Assembly: GCF_000737315.1 (NCBI RefSeq)
Contig: NZ_JMCB01000008.1
Location: 310,001-374,000 of the forward strand
Direction: 5' to 3'
Length of the DNA: 64,000 nucleotides
Source of the DNA: Hyalangium minutum
Lineage (GTDB): Bacteria > Myxococcota > Myxococcia > Myxococcales > Myxococcaceae
Positions within the stretch are counted from its first letter, which is position 1; each line of letters begins with the position of its first letter. The notes beneath the pieces were generated by a model that did not search any database, had not been told where the DNA came from, and saw nothing but the letters and a program-made list of their open reading frames with translations. This document shows positions 19,640 to 29,187 of this stretch, piece by piece. Made by a program: the position numbers and the translations under genes.

Positions 19640-20967
19640 GCTTCACACCGTATCGGGACGTGCTGCCCTCGGGGCTGCGCGTCGTCACCATCGAGACCCC
19701 CCACCTGCATACGGCCCTGCTGGCCGTGTACGTGCGGACCGGCAGCCGCCATGAGACGCCCGAGAACAACGGCGTCAGCCACTTCCTGGAGCACCTCTTC
19801 TTCCGCGGCAGCGCCAACTGGCCAGACACCGTGAAGATGAACGCCGCCGTGGAGGAAGTCGGCGGCAACCTCAACGGCGTCACCGGGAGGGATCTCGGCT
19901 ACTACTACACTCCCCTACACCCCTCATATGTGGGGGTGGGGATGGAAATCATCGGGGACATGCTGACGCGGCCGCGCCTCACGGACATGGAGGTGGAGCG
20001 GCAGATCATCCTCGAGGAGATGCTGGACGAGGTGGACGAGAAGGGCCGGGACATCGACCTGGACAACCTCTCGAAGCGGCTGCTGTTCGGCGACCACCCG
20101 CTGGCGCTGAAGATTGCCGGGACGCGCGAGTCGGTGTCGGCGCTGAAGCACGAGCAGGTGCTGGAGCACTTCGCGCAGAACTACGTGGCGGGCAACCTGG
20201 TGGTGACGGCGTCGGGCCGGGTGAAGCGCGAGCAGGTGCTGGAGCTGGCCGAGCGCGCCTTCGCCCACCTGCCGAAGGGCCCTCCCACCACCGAGAAGCC
20301 ACCCGCGCCCACGCCGCCGGGCCCTCGGTTCCACTTCGTGGCGCACGAGGAGGCGCAGACAGAGTTCCGCCTCAACTTCTGCGTCGTTCCGGAGCAGCAC
20401 GAGGACTACCCGGCGCTGCAGATCCTCCGCCGGGTGCTGGATGACGGGCTGTCCTCGCGGCTGCCGTTCGAGGTCGTCGAGCGGCGGGGCCTGGCCTACT
20501 CCATCAGCGCGGGGATGGACGCGTTCCACGACTCGGGGATCCTCGAGATCGACGCGGCGAGCGCGCCGGAGAAGGCCTCGCGGGTGGTGGAGGAAGTGCT
20601 GAGGGTGCTGGCCACGCTCTGCGAGCAGGAGATCCCCGAGGAGGAGCTGAAGCGGACCCAGCGCCGGCACCGGATGCTGCTGGAGTTCTCGGAGGACTCG
20701 CCGGGGGAGCTGGCCGGCTGGTTCGGCGGCACGGAGCTGTTCCGGAAGCCGGAGTCCTTCAGCCAACGGGCGGACCTCGTGGACGCGGAGACGGCGGCGC
20801 ACGTGCGCGAGGTGGCGCGGCGCTACTTCACGCGGGAGAACCTGACGGTGGTGGCGGTGGGCCAGCGCAAGGGCATCAAGGCGCTGGAGCGCGTGGTGGA
20901 GGCCGCGGAGGGCCTCCCTTCCGCGGGGACGCGCAAGGCCGTCAGCGGTGGCGGCCGCCGCGGATGA
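19636..20967 (+). CDS. M16 (pitrilysin) family metallopeptidase
   Basis: GSRHE, inverted zinc motif HFLEH, RGLAYS. Confidence 0.92.
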   Translation: MSFTPYRDVLPSGLRVVTIETPHLHTALLAVYVRTGSRHETPENNGVSHFLEHLFFRGSANWPDTVKMNAAVEEVGGNLNGVTGRDLGYYYTPLHPSYVGVGMEIIGDMLTRPRLTDMEVERQIILEEMLDEVDEKGRDIDLDNLSKRLLFGDHPLALKIAGTRESVSALKHEQVLEHFAQNYVAGNLVVTASGRVKREQVLELAERAFAHLPKGPPTTEKPPAPTPPGPRFHFVAHEEAQTEFRLNFCVVPEQHEDYPALQILRRVLDDGLSSRLPFEVVERRGLAYSISAGMDAFHDSGILEIDAASAPEKASRVVEEVLRVLATLCEQEIPEEELKRTQRRHRMLLEFSEDSPGELAGWFGGTELFRKPESFSQRADLVDAETAAHVREVARRYFTRENLTVVAVGQRKGIKALERVVEAAEGLPSAGTRKAVSGGGRRG

Positions 20968-22267
20968 TGATGGGGCCGTTGAACTTCTTCTTCTCGGGCG
21001 TCGGAGTGAGCGCGGCCTTGAGGGCCACATACTTGGGGTTGCCGGGCTCGCGCTGAAGCAGCTCGTCGACGATCTTCTTGCCGCGCTCCAGGTTCGTCTT
21101 GGAGTCCGCGTACATCTGCGCGAGCGCCACCTTCTCCTCGAGCGAGGCCTCGCCGAGCTTGTAGAGCCGCTGCAGGGTCGCCTGGGCCTCGTTCTTCTGA
21201 CCGGCCGCCTGCTGCATGCGCCAGACCTGCGAGAGCGCGGGGGCGAAGAGGGGATCGGCGGTGAGGGCGTACTCGTAGTTCTCTGCGGCGAGGCGCTTGT
21301 CGCCCTGGGCCTCCAGGACGCGGCCGCGGACGTAGAGGGCGCGGGCGTAGCGGGCGCGGATGCGCAGCACCTTCTCCACGAGATCGCCCGCCTCGATGTT
21401 CTTGCCCAGGTTCAGCTTGGCCTCGGCGAGCTGGGCCAGCGCATCGACGTGGTCCGGGTGCTCCTCGACGAGCTGGGTGAGGGCCTCGGCGGCCTCCTCG
21501 TGCTTGGCGAGCCGCGTGAGGATGCGCGCGCGCATGAGGACCACGTCGGGGCGCTTGGCGTTCTCGCCGTCGATGCCGTTGACGTCCTGCTCGGCCACCT
21601 CGGGGTAGCCGCTGTTGAGGAAGTAGCGCACGCGCAGGAGGCGGGCCTCCATGAGGTTGGGGTTCTCCTCGACGAGCCGGTCCATCAGCTTGGCGGCGAG
21701 CAACTCCTCGCCCTTGATGAGGAGGATCTCCGCTTCGACGACCTTGGCGTTGGGGTCATCCGGGCGGAGGTTCTGGATGGGCTCCAGGGACTTGAAGGCG
21801 CCGTCGGCGTCTCCGTTGCGCGCCTGGAGCCGGGCCAGGGAGAGGATCTCCGGGTCGGAGAGCTCCTTCTCGTTGCGCAGGGCGACGAGGGTGGAGATGG
21901 CCTCGGCGACGTGCCCTTGGCGGAGGTAGAGGTCGGCGATCTGCTTCTGGATGGCGGGATCGTTCCCGGGGGCGATGGCCTCGGCCTCCTTGAGGGCGAG
22001 GATGGCGGAGCCCTCGTTGCCGGCGGCGCGGTGCGCCTCGGCCAGGAGCATGAGGGGCTCGGAGTTATCGCGGGACATGTTCGCCGCGGAGCGGAAGGCC
22101 TTGGCGGCGCGCTCGGGCTGATTGGCAGCCATGAACGTGCGGCCCTCGGCGAGCTTGGACTCATAGGACTCGGCGCGGGCCTGAACGGCGGCCGTCTCCG
22201 GATCCTTGCAGGCAAGCGGGAGGAGGAAAGAAAGGGCGGCGGTCAACCGAAGAATTCGCAAATGCAT
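20942..22267 (-). CDS. TPR-repeat lipoprotein
   Basis: Lipobox LPLAC and multiple TPR-like helical repeats. Confidence 0.85.
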   Translation of the reverse strand: MHLRILRLTAALSFLLPLACKDPETAAVQARAESYESKLAEGRTFMAANQPERAAKAFRSAANMSRDNSEPLMLLAEAHRAAGNEGSAILALKEAEAIAPGNDPAIQKQIADLYLRQGHVAEAISTLVALRNEKELSDPEILSLARLQARNGDADGAFKSLEPIQNLRPDDPNAKVVEAEILLIKGEELLAAKLMDRLVEENPNLMEARLLRVRYFLNSGYPEVAEQDVNGIDGENAKRPDVVLMRARILTRLAKHEEAAEALTQLVEEHPDHVDALAQLAEAKLNLGKNIEAGDLVEKVLRIRARYARALYVRGRVLEAQGDKRLAAENYEYALTADPLFAPALSQVWRMQQAAGQKNEAQATLQRLYKLGEASLEEKVALAQMYADSKTNLERGKKIVDELLQREPGNPKYVALKAALTPTPEKKKFNGPIIIRGGRHR

Positions 22268-22307
22268 CGCTGAGCGGCAGGGTACCGGATGTTATCCTCC
22301 CTCGTCG

Positions 22308-22655
22308 ATGGACCCCTTTGTTCGGCGCCTCGTGGAGAGGCTCCATGACCCAGCACAGCCGCTCTCGCGGAACCGGCACTTCCACACGTTCGACACGCCC
22401 GAGGGGCGGTCAGCGCTGAAGGTGTCCCGCCGCCTGAAGAGCTTGCAGCGGGACATCATGGCCTGCCGCAAGGAGGGCAGCCGAGCGCGCTTCTTCCGGC
22501 AAATGGGGCCGGATGGAGAGACGCGCATCGAGCTGCTGATGGAGCGCATCCAAGGCCGCCGGGTGTCCATGCTGCAGGACGCCGAGTTCGAGCTGCTCTC
22601 CCAGCTCCCCGGTGTGCAGGAAGCGCTGGAGGAAGCGCTGGAGCCTGCGGCCTGA
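22308..22655 (+). CDS. Hypothetical protein
   Basis: MDPFVRRLVERLHDP... with host-like codon usage. Last backbone-like gene before the accessory region. Confidence 0.65.
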   Translation: MDPFVRRLVERLHDPAQPLSRNRHFHTFDTPEGRSALKVSRRLKSLQRDIMACRKEGSRARFFRQMGPDGETRIELLMERIQGRRVSMLQDAEFELLSQLPGVQEALEEALEPAA

Positions 22656-22865
22656 GGAGCGGTCCCCCCTGAGCGCCGTCCGCCGTGCGTGACACCGGGC
22701 TCCGAACTGGTGCCATCCGCCGCGCTAAATCAGCGAAAGACTCTGCTGGAATTGGAGCCACTTGCCCCAGCGAGACACGAATTGCTTCCAGCAGCCCTCT
22801 GTGTCCCAACTCTCGCACTCCTTGTAGGTGATGAAGGCGATCGAGCACCCCTCTTGCTCGGCCCT

Positions 22866-23257
22866 GCGGAGAACATGAAGGACTACGGCATTCCTATGAA
22901 CTTCACCCGCTGGAGAGGGCGATGACGGACGAACGTGCCTGGCAGGGCCAGTGGAAGGTGCGTCTCTATGAGCGGCTGCGCGAGCGTGGCTACCCCACCC
23001 TGACCGCCTTCGCCGAAGCACGCCCAGCCATCCCCCTGCATGTACTAGCCGAGGAGCTGGGAGAGGACGATGTCGCGGGGGGGTAGGTGTTGAGCAGACT
23101 GCTCGCCGAGGCGGAGCAGTGCAAGCAAGTCACTCGCTTTGTGTGGGATGTGCTCGTACGCCTCTTGGCCCAGAGTCTTCCGAACGGCTGGCCCGCCGTC
23201 ATGGACGGCGCCCACCGTTTCGCGGTCGCCAAGAAGCTCGGACGCTGGTCTGCCTAG
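22866..23257 (+). pseudogene. Relic toxin 3' tail (..NMKDYGIPMNFTRWRGR*) plus coupled, inactivated partner gene (MTDERAWQGQWKVRLYER..)
   Basis: TGA/ATG overlap at 22922-22925. In-frame TAG at 23084-23086, stop at 23255-23257. Resembles myxobacterial DUF2380-type toxin/partner pairs (from memory, unverified). Confidence 0.55.
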
Positions 23258-23322
23258 CGCTTTTGCCCGACACGCAAGCCTGACGGTCAACAGCGGCGCG
23301 CGTCTCGTCCAGCTATAGCTAT

Positions 23323-23345
23323 GGGTTCGATTCCCGCCGCTTCCA
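23323..23345 (+). repeat. tmRNA-3'-end-like att core, copy 1
   Basis: GGGTTCGATTCCCGCCGCTTCCA. Confidence 0.75.
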
Positions 23346-23517
23346 AGCAGAACAACTCGCCGCTTTGAGCCGAGTCCGCTTCTAATGAATTGACGCGTCA
23401 TCTGCGCGCTTGCGCGTCAATTGACGCGTCGACACGTCCCTTCGCCGCAGCACGGGCGCTAGGCCCGACCCTTGCAATGGGCTGGAGAAGCTTTCACAAA
23501 CGCAAGGAGCCCCTCGT

Positions 23518-26500
23518 ATGTGTTCCTCTACCAATCCCCGGGTGAAGGTCGTTCCGTGGTTCGCTCTGGCTTTGGCACTGGCGTGGATTGCCTGCGGCGG
23601 GGCATCGCAAGACGGGGACGAAGCGGTGCAACCCAAGGGGCTCAAGGTCCAGATGCTTCCAGATGCGTCCGGTGAGCAGTCGAGCCCCACGGGTTCGTTG
23701 TCCACCCCCCGTTTCGAGCACACGGCGACACTGTTGCCCTCGGGCAAGGTACTGGTTGCCGGAGGCGTTGGCCCGCCGGGCGACCTCTCCAGCGCGGAGG
23801 TGTACGACCCGGTTACTGGGGTCTGGAGTCACACGGGTAGCATGGCCACGGCCCGCATTTGTCATACAGCGACGCTGTTGGCCTCGGGCAAGGTGCTCGT
23901 CACCGGAGGAGAAGGCCAGAACGGACTGCTCGACAGCGCGGAAGTGTACGACCCGGTTACCGGGGCGTGGAGCCTCACAGACAGCATGACCACAGGCCGC
24001 AGTTGCCACACGGCAACGTTGTTGCCCTCGGGCAAGGTGCTGGTCGCCGGAGGTGGTTCGGGCGGACTGCTCGGCAGCGCAGAGGTGTACGACCCAGTCA
24101 CAGGAGTATGGACCCCCACGGGCGGCATGGTCACGGCTCGGTCTTGGCACACGGCAACGTTGTTGCCCTCAGGCAAGGTACTGATTGCCGGAGGTAGTGA
24201 TCCGAATGAACCGTTCGAGTACCTCAATAGCGCAGAGGTGTACGACCCAGTTACAGGGATGTGGACTCCCACGAACTCCATGGCCACGGCTCGGCAGTTC
24301 CACACAGCGACGGTGTTTGCTTCGGGCAAGGTGCTAGTCGTCGGAGGTTTGGGTTTGAACGACGCCAACGCGGAGGTGTATGACTCGGATACCGGACGGT
24401 GGGAGCCCACAGGCACCCCAACCATGTCCCACAACAGGCACACGGCGACGCTGTTGCCCTCAGGCAAGGTGCTGGTCGCCGGAGGTGGTGGATCGGCCAT
24501 GTTCCGCGACGGCGCGGAGGTGTACGACCCGGATACTGGGACCTGGAGCCGTATGGCGGATCTTGTCACGGTTCGTATGTTGCACACAGCGACTCTATTA
24601 CCCTCGGGCAAAGTGCTGCTCACCGGAGGCCTTAGTCGGATCCCGCTCGACACTGCTGAGGTGTACGCCCCAGATACGGGGACTTGGAACTCTACTGGTG
24701 CGTTGGCCATGGCCCGCGCCTTCCACACAGCGACGGTGTTGCCCTCAGGTAAAGTGCTGCTCGCCGGAGGCGTTGGCTCCGATGCTCGCCTTGACGGCGC
24801 GGAGGTATATGCCCCAGACACTGGGGCAAAGAGTTCTACTGCCCCACTTGGCACTGCTCGCGCCTCACACACGGCGACGCCGATGATCTCGGGCAAGGTG
24901 CTGGTAGTCGGAGGCAATGGCCCGAGTGGCCTGCTCGATAGCGCGGAGGTGTACGACCCGGCTACAGGGGAGTGGAGCACGACGGGGGCGTTGGCCGCAG
25001 CCCGTGCCTCTCACACGACAACAGTGTTGCCCTCGGGCAAGGTGCTGGTAGTCGGAGGCAATGGCCCGAGCGGCCTGCTCAACAGCGCGGAAGTGTACGA
25101 CCCAGCCACCGGAGTCTGGAGTTCTACAGGGGCTCTGGCCACGGCTCGAGCCTTCCACACAGCGACGCTGCTACACTCGGGCAAGGTGCTGATTACCGGG
25201 GGAACTGGCTCCAGCGGCCCTCTGGATAGCGCGGAGGTGTATGACCCTGTCACGGACGTCTGGAGCCCCACAGGCGCTCTGGCAACGGGGCGTGCACGAC
25301 ATACGGCGACAGTGTTGCCCTCAGGCAAGGTGCTGGTCGCAGGCGGTTGGGGCCCCAGCTACCCTGTCTCCAGCGCGGAGGTGTACGAGCCGGCTACAGG
25401 GACCTGGAGTTCCACGGGCACCCTAGCCACGGCTCGGTATTGGCACACGGCAACGCTGCTGCCCTCAGGCAAATTGCTGGTCACAGGAGGAGCGGGCTCC
25501 AATGGTCCTCTGAATAGCTCGGAGGTGTACGACCCAGGCGCAGGCTCATGGAGTTTCACGGGCACCTTGCTCACAGTTCATTATGGACACACAGCGACGT
25601 TGTTGCCCTCGGGCAAGGTGTTGGTCGCCGGAGGAGTTGGCTCTAGCGGCCCTCTGGATGGCATGGAACTGTACGACCCAGGCGCAGGAGGGTGGAGTTT
25701 TACGAGCGCTGTGATTAGACCTCTCAACAACGGTCACACGGCGACGTTGTTGCCCTCTGGTAAGGTGCTGGTCGCCGGGGGAGATGACCTAAACGATTCC
25801 ATCTCCAACGCGCAGGTGTACGACCCAGCGACTGGTGACTGGCGCCTCACGGGCGCACTGGCCACGACCCGTGCCTGGCACACGGCGACGTTGCTGCCCT
25901 CGGGCAAAGTACTGATTGCCGGAGGCAATGGACCGAACGGCCTGTTTGGCAGCGCGGAGGTGTACGACCCGGGTACAGGGGTGTGGAGCATCACAGGCAG
26001 CATGGCCACGGCTCGTGCTTGGCACACGGCGACGTTGTTGCCCTCGGGCAAAGTACTGATTGCCGGAGGGTATGGGCCGAACGGCCCACTCGATAGTGCG
26101 GAGGTGTACGATCCAACTACAGGAGGCTGGAGCATGGCGGACAGCATGGCTACAGCTCGTCAGTTTCACACGGCGACGCTGTTGCCGGATGGCAAGGTGC
26201 TGGTTGCCGGAGGTCAAGGACCGAGCAGTACCCTTTTCAGTGCGGAGGTGTATGACCCAGCCACAAGCGCCTGGAGCCCCACGAGCGCCATGTCCACGGC
26301 ACGCGTGAACCATACAGCGACGTTGCTGCCTTCGGGCAAGGTGCTGGCCGCCGGGGGTTTTGAGAACTCCAGCGTGGAGGTGTACGACCCTGTCACCAGA
26401 GCCTGGAGTTCCGCCAACTCCATGGCCGAAGCCCGAAGAATGCATACAGCGACATTGTTGCTGTCGGGCAAGGTCTTAGTCATTGGGGGCGTTGGCACGA

Positions 26501-28185
26501 ACGGTTTAGTTCACAGCGTGGAGATGTACGATCCGGCCACGGGAACGTGGAGCCCCAGGACGCCTTCACCGCTCACTTGGCCCAGGGCAACGTTGTTGCC
26601 CTCCGGGAAGGTGCTGATCACTGCAGGTGCGGCCACTACCGAGCATGACAAAGCTGAGGTGTACGAAGACACGGGAACTCGCCCGGAGTGGCGTCCTGTC
26701 ATTAACGCACCGGCCATGCAACACCCCGGAGAGACATTCCACATGACCGGTAGCCTCTTGTGTGGCCTCTCGGAGGCAAGCAGCGGTAATACTCAGAGTT
26801 CAGCCACGAATTTTCCCCTGGTGAGCTTGGTGGCGCTCGAGGGCGGAGCGCTAACACGTGTCGCGTCCCTGGACTCGTACTCTGGTACACACGTGACTGG
26901 ACGCACGCCGCAGGTGACGAGTGGCTATTACATCGTGTCCGTGATGGCTAATGGCATCCACGGGGGGCAACTGGTACTCGTGGAGGGGGCTGGCCCTGCA
27001 GCGCCTGAGCTGACCCTGCCTGAGCCTTTGGTCAACACCTCGAAGCCCGTCATGGGCGGTACGGCGCAGCCCGGTAGCAGGGTGGTGGTGTGGTTGGATG
27101 GGAAAGTAGCCGGAGCCGCGACGGCAGGTCCCCAGGGCTCCTGGCGCTTCACTCCCGTCACCGCGCTGGCTGAAGGATTCCACCGAGCCGTAACCACTGC
27201 TTCGGATGAGGTGGGCAACATAAGCCCTGACTCCGAGGCTGTCGGCTTCACGGTAGACACCGTGCCCCCAGAGTCGCCGGTGGTAGTTGAACCTGGGGAC
27301 TTCGTTGCTACCTCCACTCCTGTGATTCGTGGCACGGCGGAGCCGGGAAGCATGGTCGAGGTGCGGCTGGATGGAGAAGTGGTGAGAACAGTCAAGGCAG
27401 CTACGGATAGGACTTGGAGTTTCGCCTTAGTCACAGCGCTCGATGACGGCTCTCACTGGGCCGATGCCACTGCTCGTGATAGTGCAGGCAACATCAGCCT
27501 TGTCTCTGGGGGACTCCAGTTCACAGTAGATACTGTCCCTCCACAAGCGCCGGTGGTGACGGAGCCCAATGGCCTCGTCCCTTCTTCGACACCTGAGATT
27601 CGTGGCACGGCAGAGCCTGGGAGCACGGTGAAGGTACGGCTGAATGGAGAAGTAGCGGGAAGCGCCCTAGCGGGTGCGAACGGTGCTTGGCATCTCACTT
27701 CACTCATAGCGCTTCTAGACGGATCATACCAAGCCGAGGCCACTGCCCAAGACAAAGCAGGTCTTGTGAGCGCTAAGTCTGAGTTCCTCTCCTTCATCGT
27801 GGACACTGTGCCCCCTGAAGCGCCGGTGGTGACAGATCCTGGAGGCTTCATTACCACTCCCACCCCTGTGATTCGCGGCAAGACGGCGCCTGGGGGCTGG
27901 GTGAAGGTGTGGCTGGACGACGATGAGTTGAACGCTGAACGGAGAAAGGCAGACATGGTGGGGGATTGGCACTACACTCCAATTACAGCGCTGAGGTTCG
28001 GATCTCATTCCGTCTTCGCCATTGCCTTGGATGACGCAGGCAATCCCAGTGCTCGAACACAACACCGGTTCGCCTTCCAAACGAGCCATTATGGTTGGGG
28101 GTGTACCAGCGCCCCGGCCCTTCCCGCCACATGGGTCTTCTTGGCCATGGTTTGGTCCCTCTGCAGGCGCTACCGCGCGCGGTGA
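23518..28185 (+). CDS. Surface protein with 21 Kelch repeats, 4 Ig-like repeats and a MYXO-CTERM-like anchor
   Basis: 21 HTATLLPSGKVL-type units counted, plus 4 P..PVV..P....STPVIRGTAEPGS-type units. Ends GWGC...hydrophobic...RRYRAR. Confidence 0.9.
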   Translation: MCSSTNPRVKVVPWFALALALAWIACGGASQDGDEAVQPKGLKVQMLPDASGEQSSPTGSLSTPRFEHTATLLPSGKVLVAGGVGPPGDLSSAEVYDPVTGVWSHTGSMATARICHTATLLASGKVLVTGGEGQNGLLDSAEVYDPVTGAWSLTDSMTTGRSCHTATLLPSGKVLVAGGGSGGLLGSAEVYDPVTGVWTPTGGMVTARSWHTATLLPSGKVLIAGGSDPNEPFEYLNSAEVYDPVTGMWTPTNSMATARQFHTATVFASGKVLVVGGLGLNDANAEVYDSDTGRWEPTGTPTMSHNRHTATLLPSGKVLVAGGGGSAMFRDGAEVYDPDTGTWSRMADLVTVRMLHTATLLPSGKVLLTGGLSRIPLDTAEVYAPDTGTWNSTGALAMARAFHTATVLPSGKVLLAGGVGSDARLDGAEVYAPDTGAKSSTAPLGTARASHTATPMISGKVLVVGGNGPSGLLDSAEVYDPATGEWSTTGALAAARASHTTTVLPSGKVLVVGGNGPSGLLNSAEVYDPATGVWSSTGALATARAFHTATLLHSGKVLITGGTGSSGPLDSAEVYDPVTDVWSPTGALATGRARHTATVLPSGKVLVAGGWGPSYPVSSAEVYEPATGTWSSTGTLATARYWHTATLLPSGKLLVTGGAGSNGPLNSSEVYDPGAGSWSFTGTLLTVHYGHTATLLPSGKVLVAGGVGSSGPLDGMELYDPGAGGWSFTSAVIRPLNNGHTATLLPSGKVLVAGGDDLNDSISNAQVYDPATGDWRLTGALATTRAWHTATLLPSGKVLIAGGNGPNGLFGSAEVYDPGTGVWSITGSMATARAWHTATLLPSGKVLIAGGYGPNGPLDSAEVYDPTTGGWSMADSMATARQFHTATLLPDGKVLVAGGQGPSSTLFSAEVYDPATSAWSPTSAMSTARVNHTATLLPSGKVLAAGGFENSSVEVYDPVTRAWSSANSMAEARRMHTATLLLSGKVLVIGGVGTNGLVHSVEMYDPATGTWSPRTPSPLTWPRATLLPSGKVLITAGAATTEHDKAEVYEDTGTRPEWRPVINAPAMQHPGETFHMTGSLLCGLSEASSGNTQSSATNFPLVSLVALEGGALTRVASLDSYSGTHVTGRTPQVTSGYYIVSVMANGIHGGQLVLVEGAGPAAPELTLPEPLVNTSKPVMGGTAQPGSRVVVWLDGKVAGAATAGPQGSWRFTPVTALAEGFHRAVTTASDEVGNISPDSEAVGFTVDTVPPESPVVVEPGDFVATSTPVIRGTAEPGSMVEVRLDGEVVRTVKAATDRTWSFALVTALDDGSHWADATARDSAGNISLVSGGLQFTVDTVPPQAPVVTEPNGLVPSSTPEIRGTAEPGSTVKVRLNGEVAGSALAGANGAWHLTSLIALLDGSYQAEATAQDKAGLVSAKSEFLSFIVDTVPPEAPVVTDPGGFITTPTPVIRGKTAPGGWVKVWLDDDELNAERRKADMVGDWHYTPITALRFGSHSVFAIALDDAGNPSARTQHRFAFQTSHYGWGCTSAPALPATWVFLAMVWSLCRRYRAR

Positions 28186-28229
28186 TGGAGGGTGTCTTGG
28201 AGCATAGGGGATGCGTAAGAATGCCTGAC

Positions 28230-28525
28230 ACAAATCAGGATTGAGGCCTCGGAAGAGTATCAGGCAGCTGATTGAGCCACGCGTTGGTACGCTCCACCAC
28301 CCAGCAGTGCTGTCCTCGCCGCTGTTTCGACTCGATGCCGGGCCGCAGGATTTGGGAAGTGAGACCGCGTCAGCGCAAACCCCTGCGGTTCTTGCGTGAA
28401 GCGTACGGCTTGTCCGCATGTAGTTTGCCGGGCCGATGTCGGGGTGATCAGGGCGCTGCTTGACGTCGGGCACCGCCTACTGCAGGAGGGACCAGTTCGT
28501 GGGTGTCGTGGACTGACGGAGCCCA
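28230..28525 (-). mobile_element. IS5-family transposase relic (frameshifted)
   Basis: Fragments VHDTHEL, RHRPGKLHADK.YASRKNR, RPGIESK.R.G.H.WVVERTNAWLNQ across frames. Confidence 0.8.
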
Positions 28526-28712
28526 AGCGCACCCGAAGCCAGGTGCGGGGCCTGCGATGACCACGGGTTCCGCGATGTCGCACATGTGTCGCAGGAACCC
28601 GCGGAATGTGCTGGGACGAAACGGGACGCGGCGGGATACCGACTCCAATCATTCCGGGCGGTTACGATCTTCCAATAACGAAGGATTTCGATCCTGTCGA
28701 TCGCGACGAAGC

Positions 28713-28735
28713 GCGGGAACGAATCCCGCGCTCCA
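28713..28735 (+). repeat. Degenerate tmRNA-3'-like att core, copy 2
   Basis: GCGGGAACGAATCCCGCGCTCCA. Preceded by a block (28570-28668) homologous to the one preceding copy 4. Confidence 0.55.
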
Positions 28736-29035
28736 AAGATCGCCGTAACTTCCGCCTATGGTTATGACGAGTGCGGCTTGCCGCCCGCAGCAGAGAATGA
28801 GGTACTCTCTTGTTCAGGAGCCCAGCGGCAGAGCGGAAGTTGGTGCCACGTACACCCATCGGGGTCTTGAGGTCGAGCAAGGGACCAGGAAGAGCCATCG
28901 ACAGCGATGCTGATCCGACCCGCGCTCGCCTGATCGCCTCTGTGCACCAAGGATCGCGCCCCCCGCGATCGAAACGCCGCGCTTCCGGAAGCTCGTCTCC
29001 ACACGCACAGCACTACCTCGCCTTGCTCTGCGAGG

Positions 29036-29109
29036 AAGTGTCGTCCGGAGAGAAGAAATGCTGGAGCTAGCAGCCGGAGAGTCCCTACTCTTGGGGTAAA
29101 ACACCTGCA
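29036..29109 (+). repeat. 74-bp dispersed repeat, copy A
   Basis: 67/74 identical to 43866-43939. Confidence 0.85.
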
Positions 29110-29187
29110 CAGACGTCTTCCCCAAAGAGGACGGCAGAAGGATTGGGCCTGTGAGCACCTGCCAATTGGGGCCCCCCGAGGACGAAC

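Noticed and set aside
22920-23257. NUDIX hydrolase call for the dead partner gene
   Set aside because: No GX5EX7REUXEEXGU box is visible, so the function was left unassigned.
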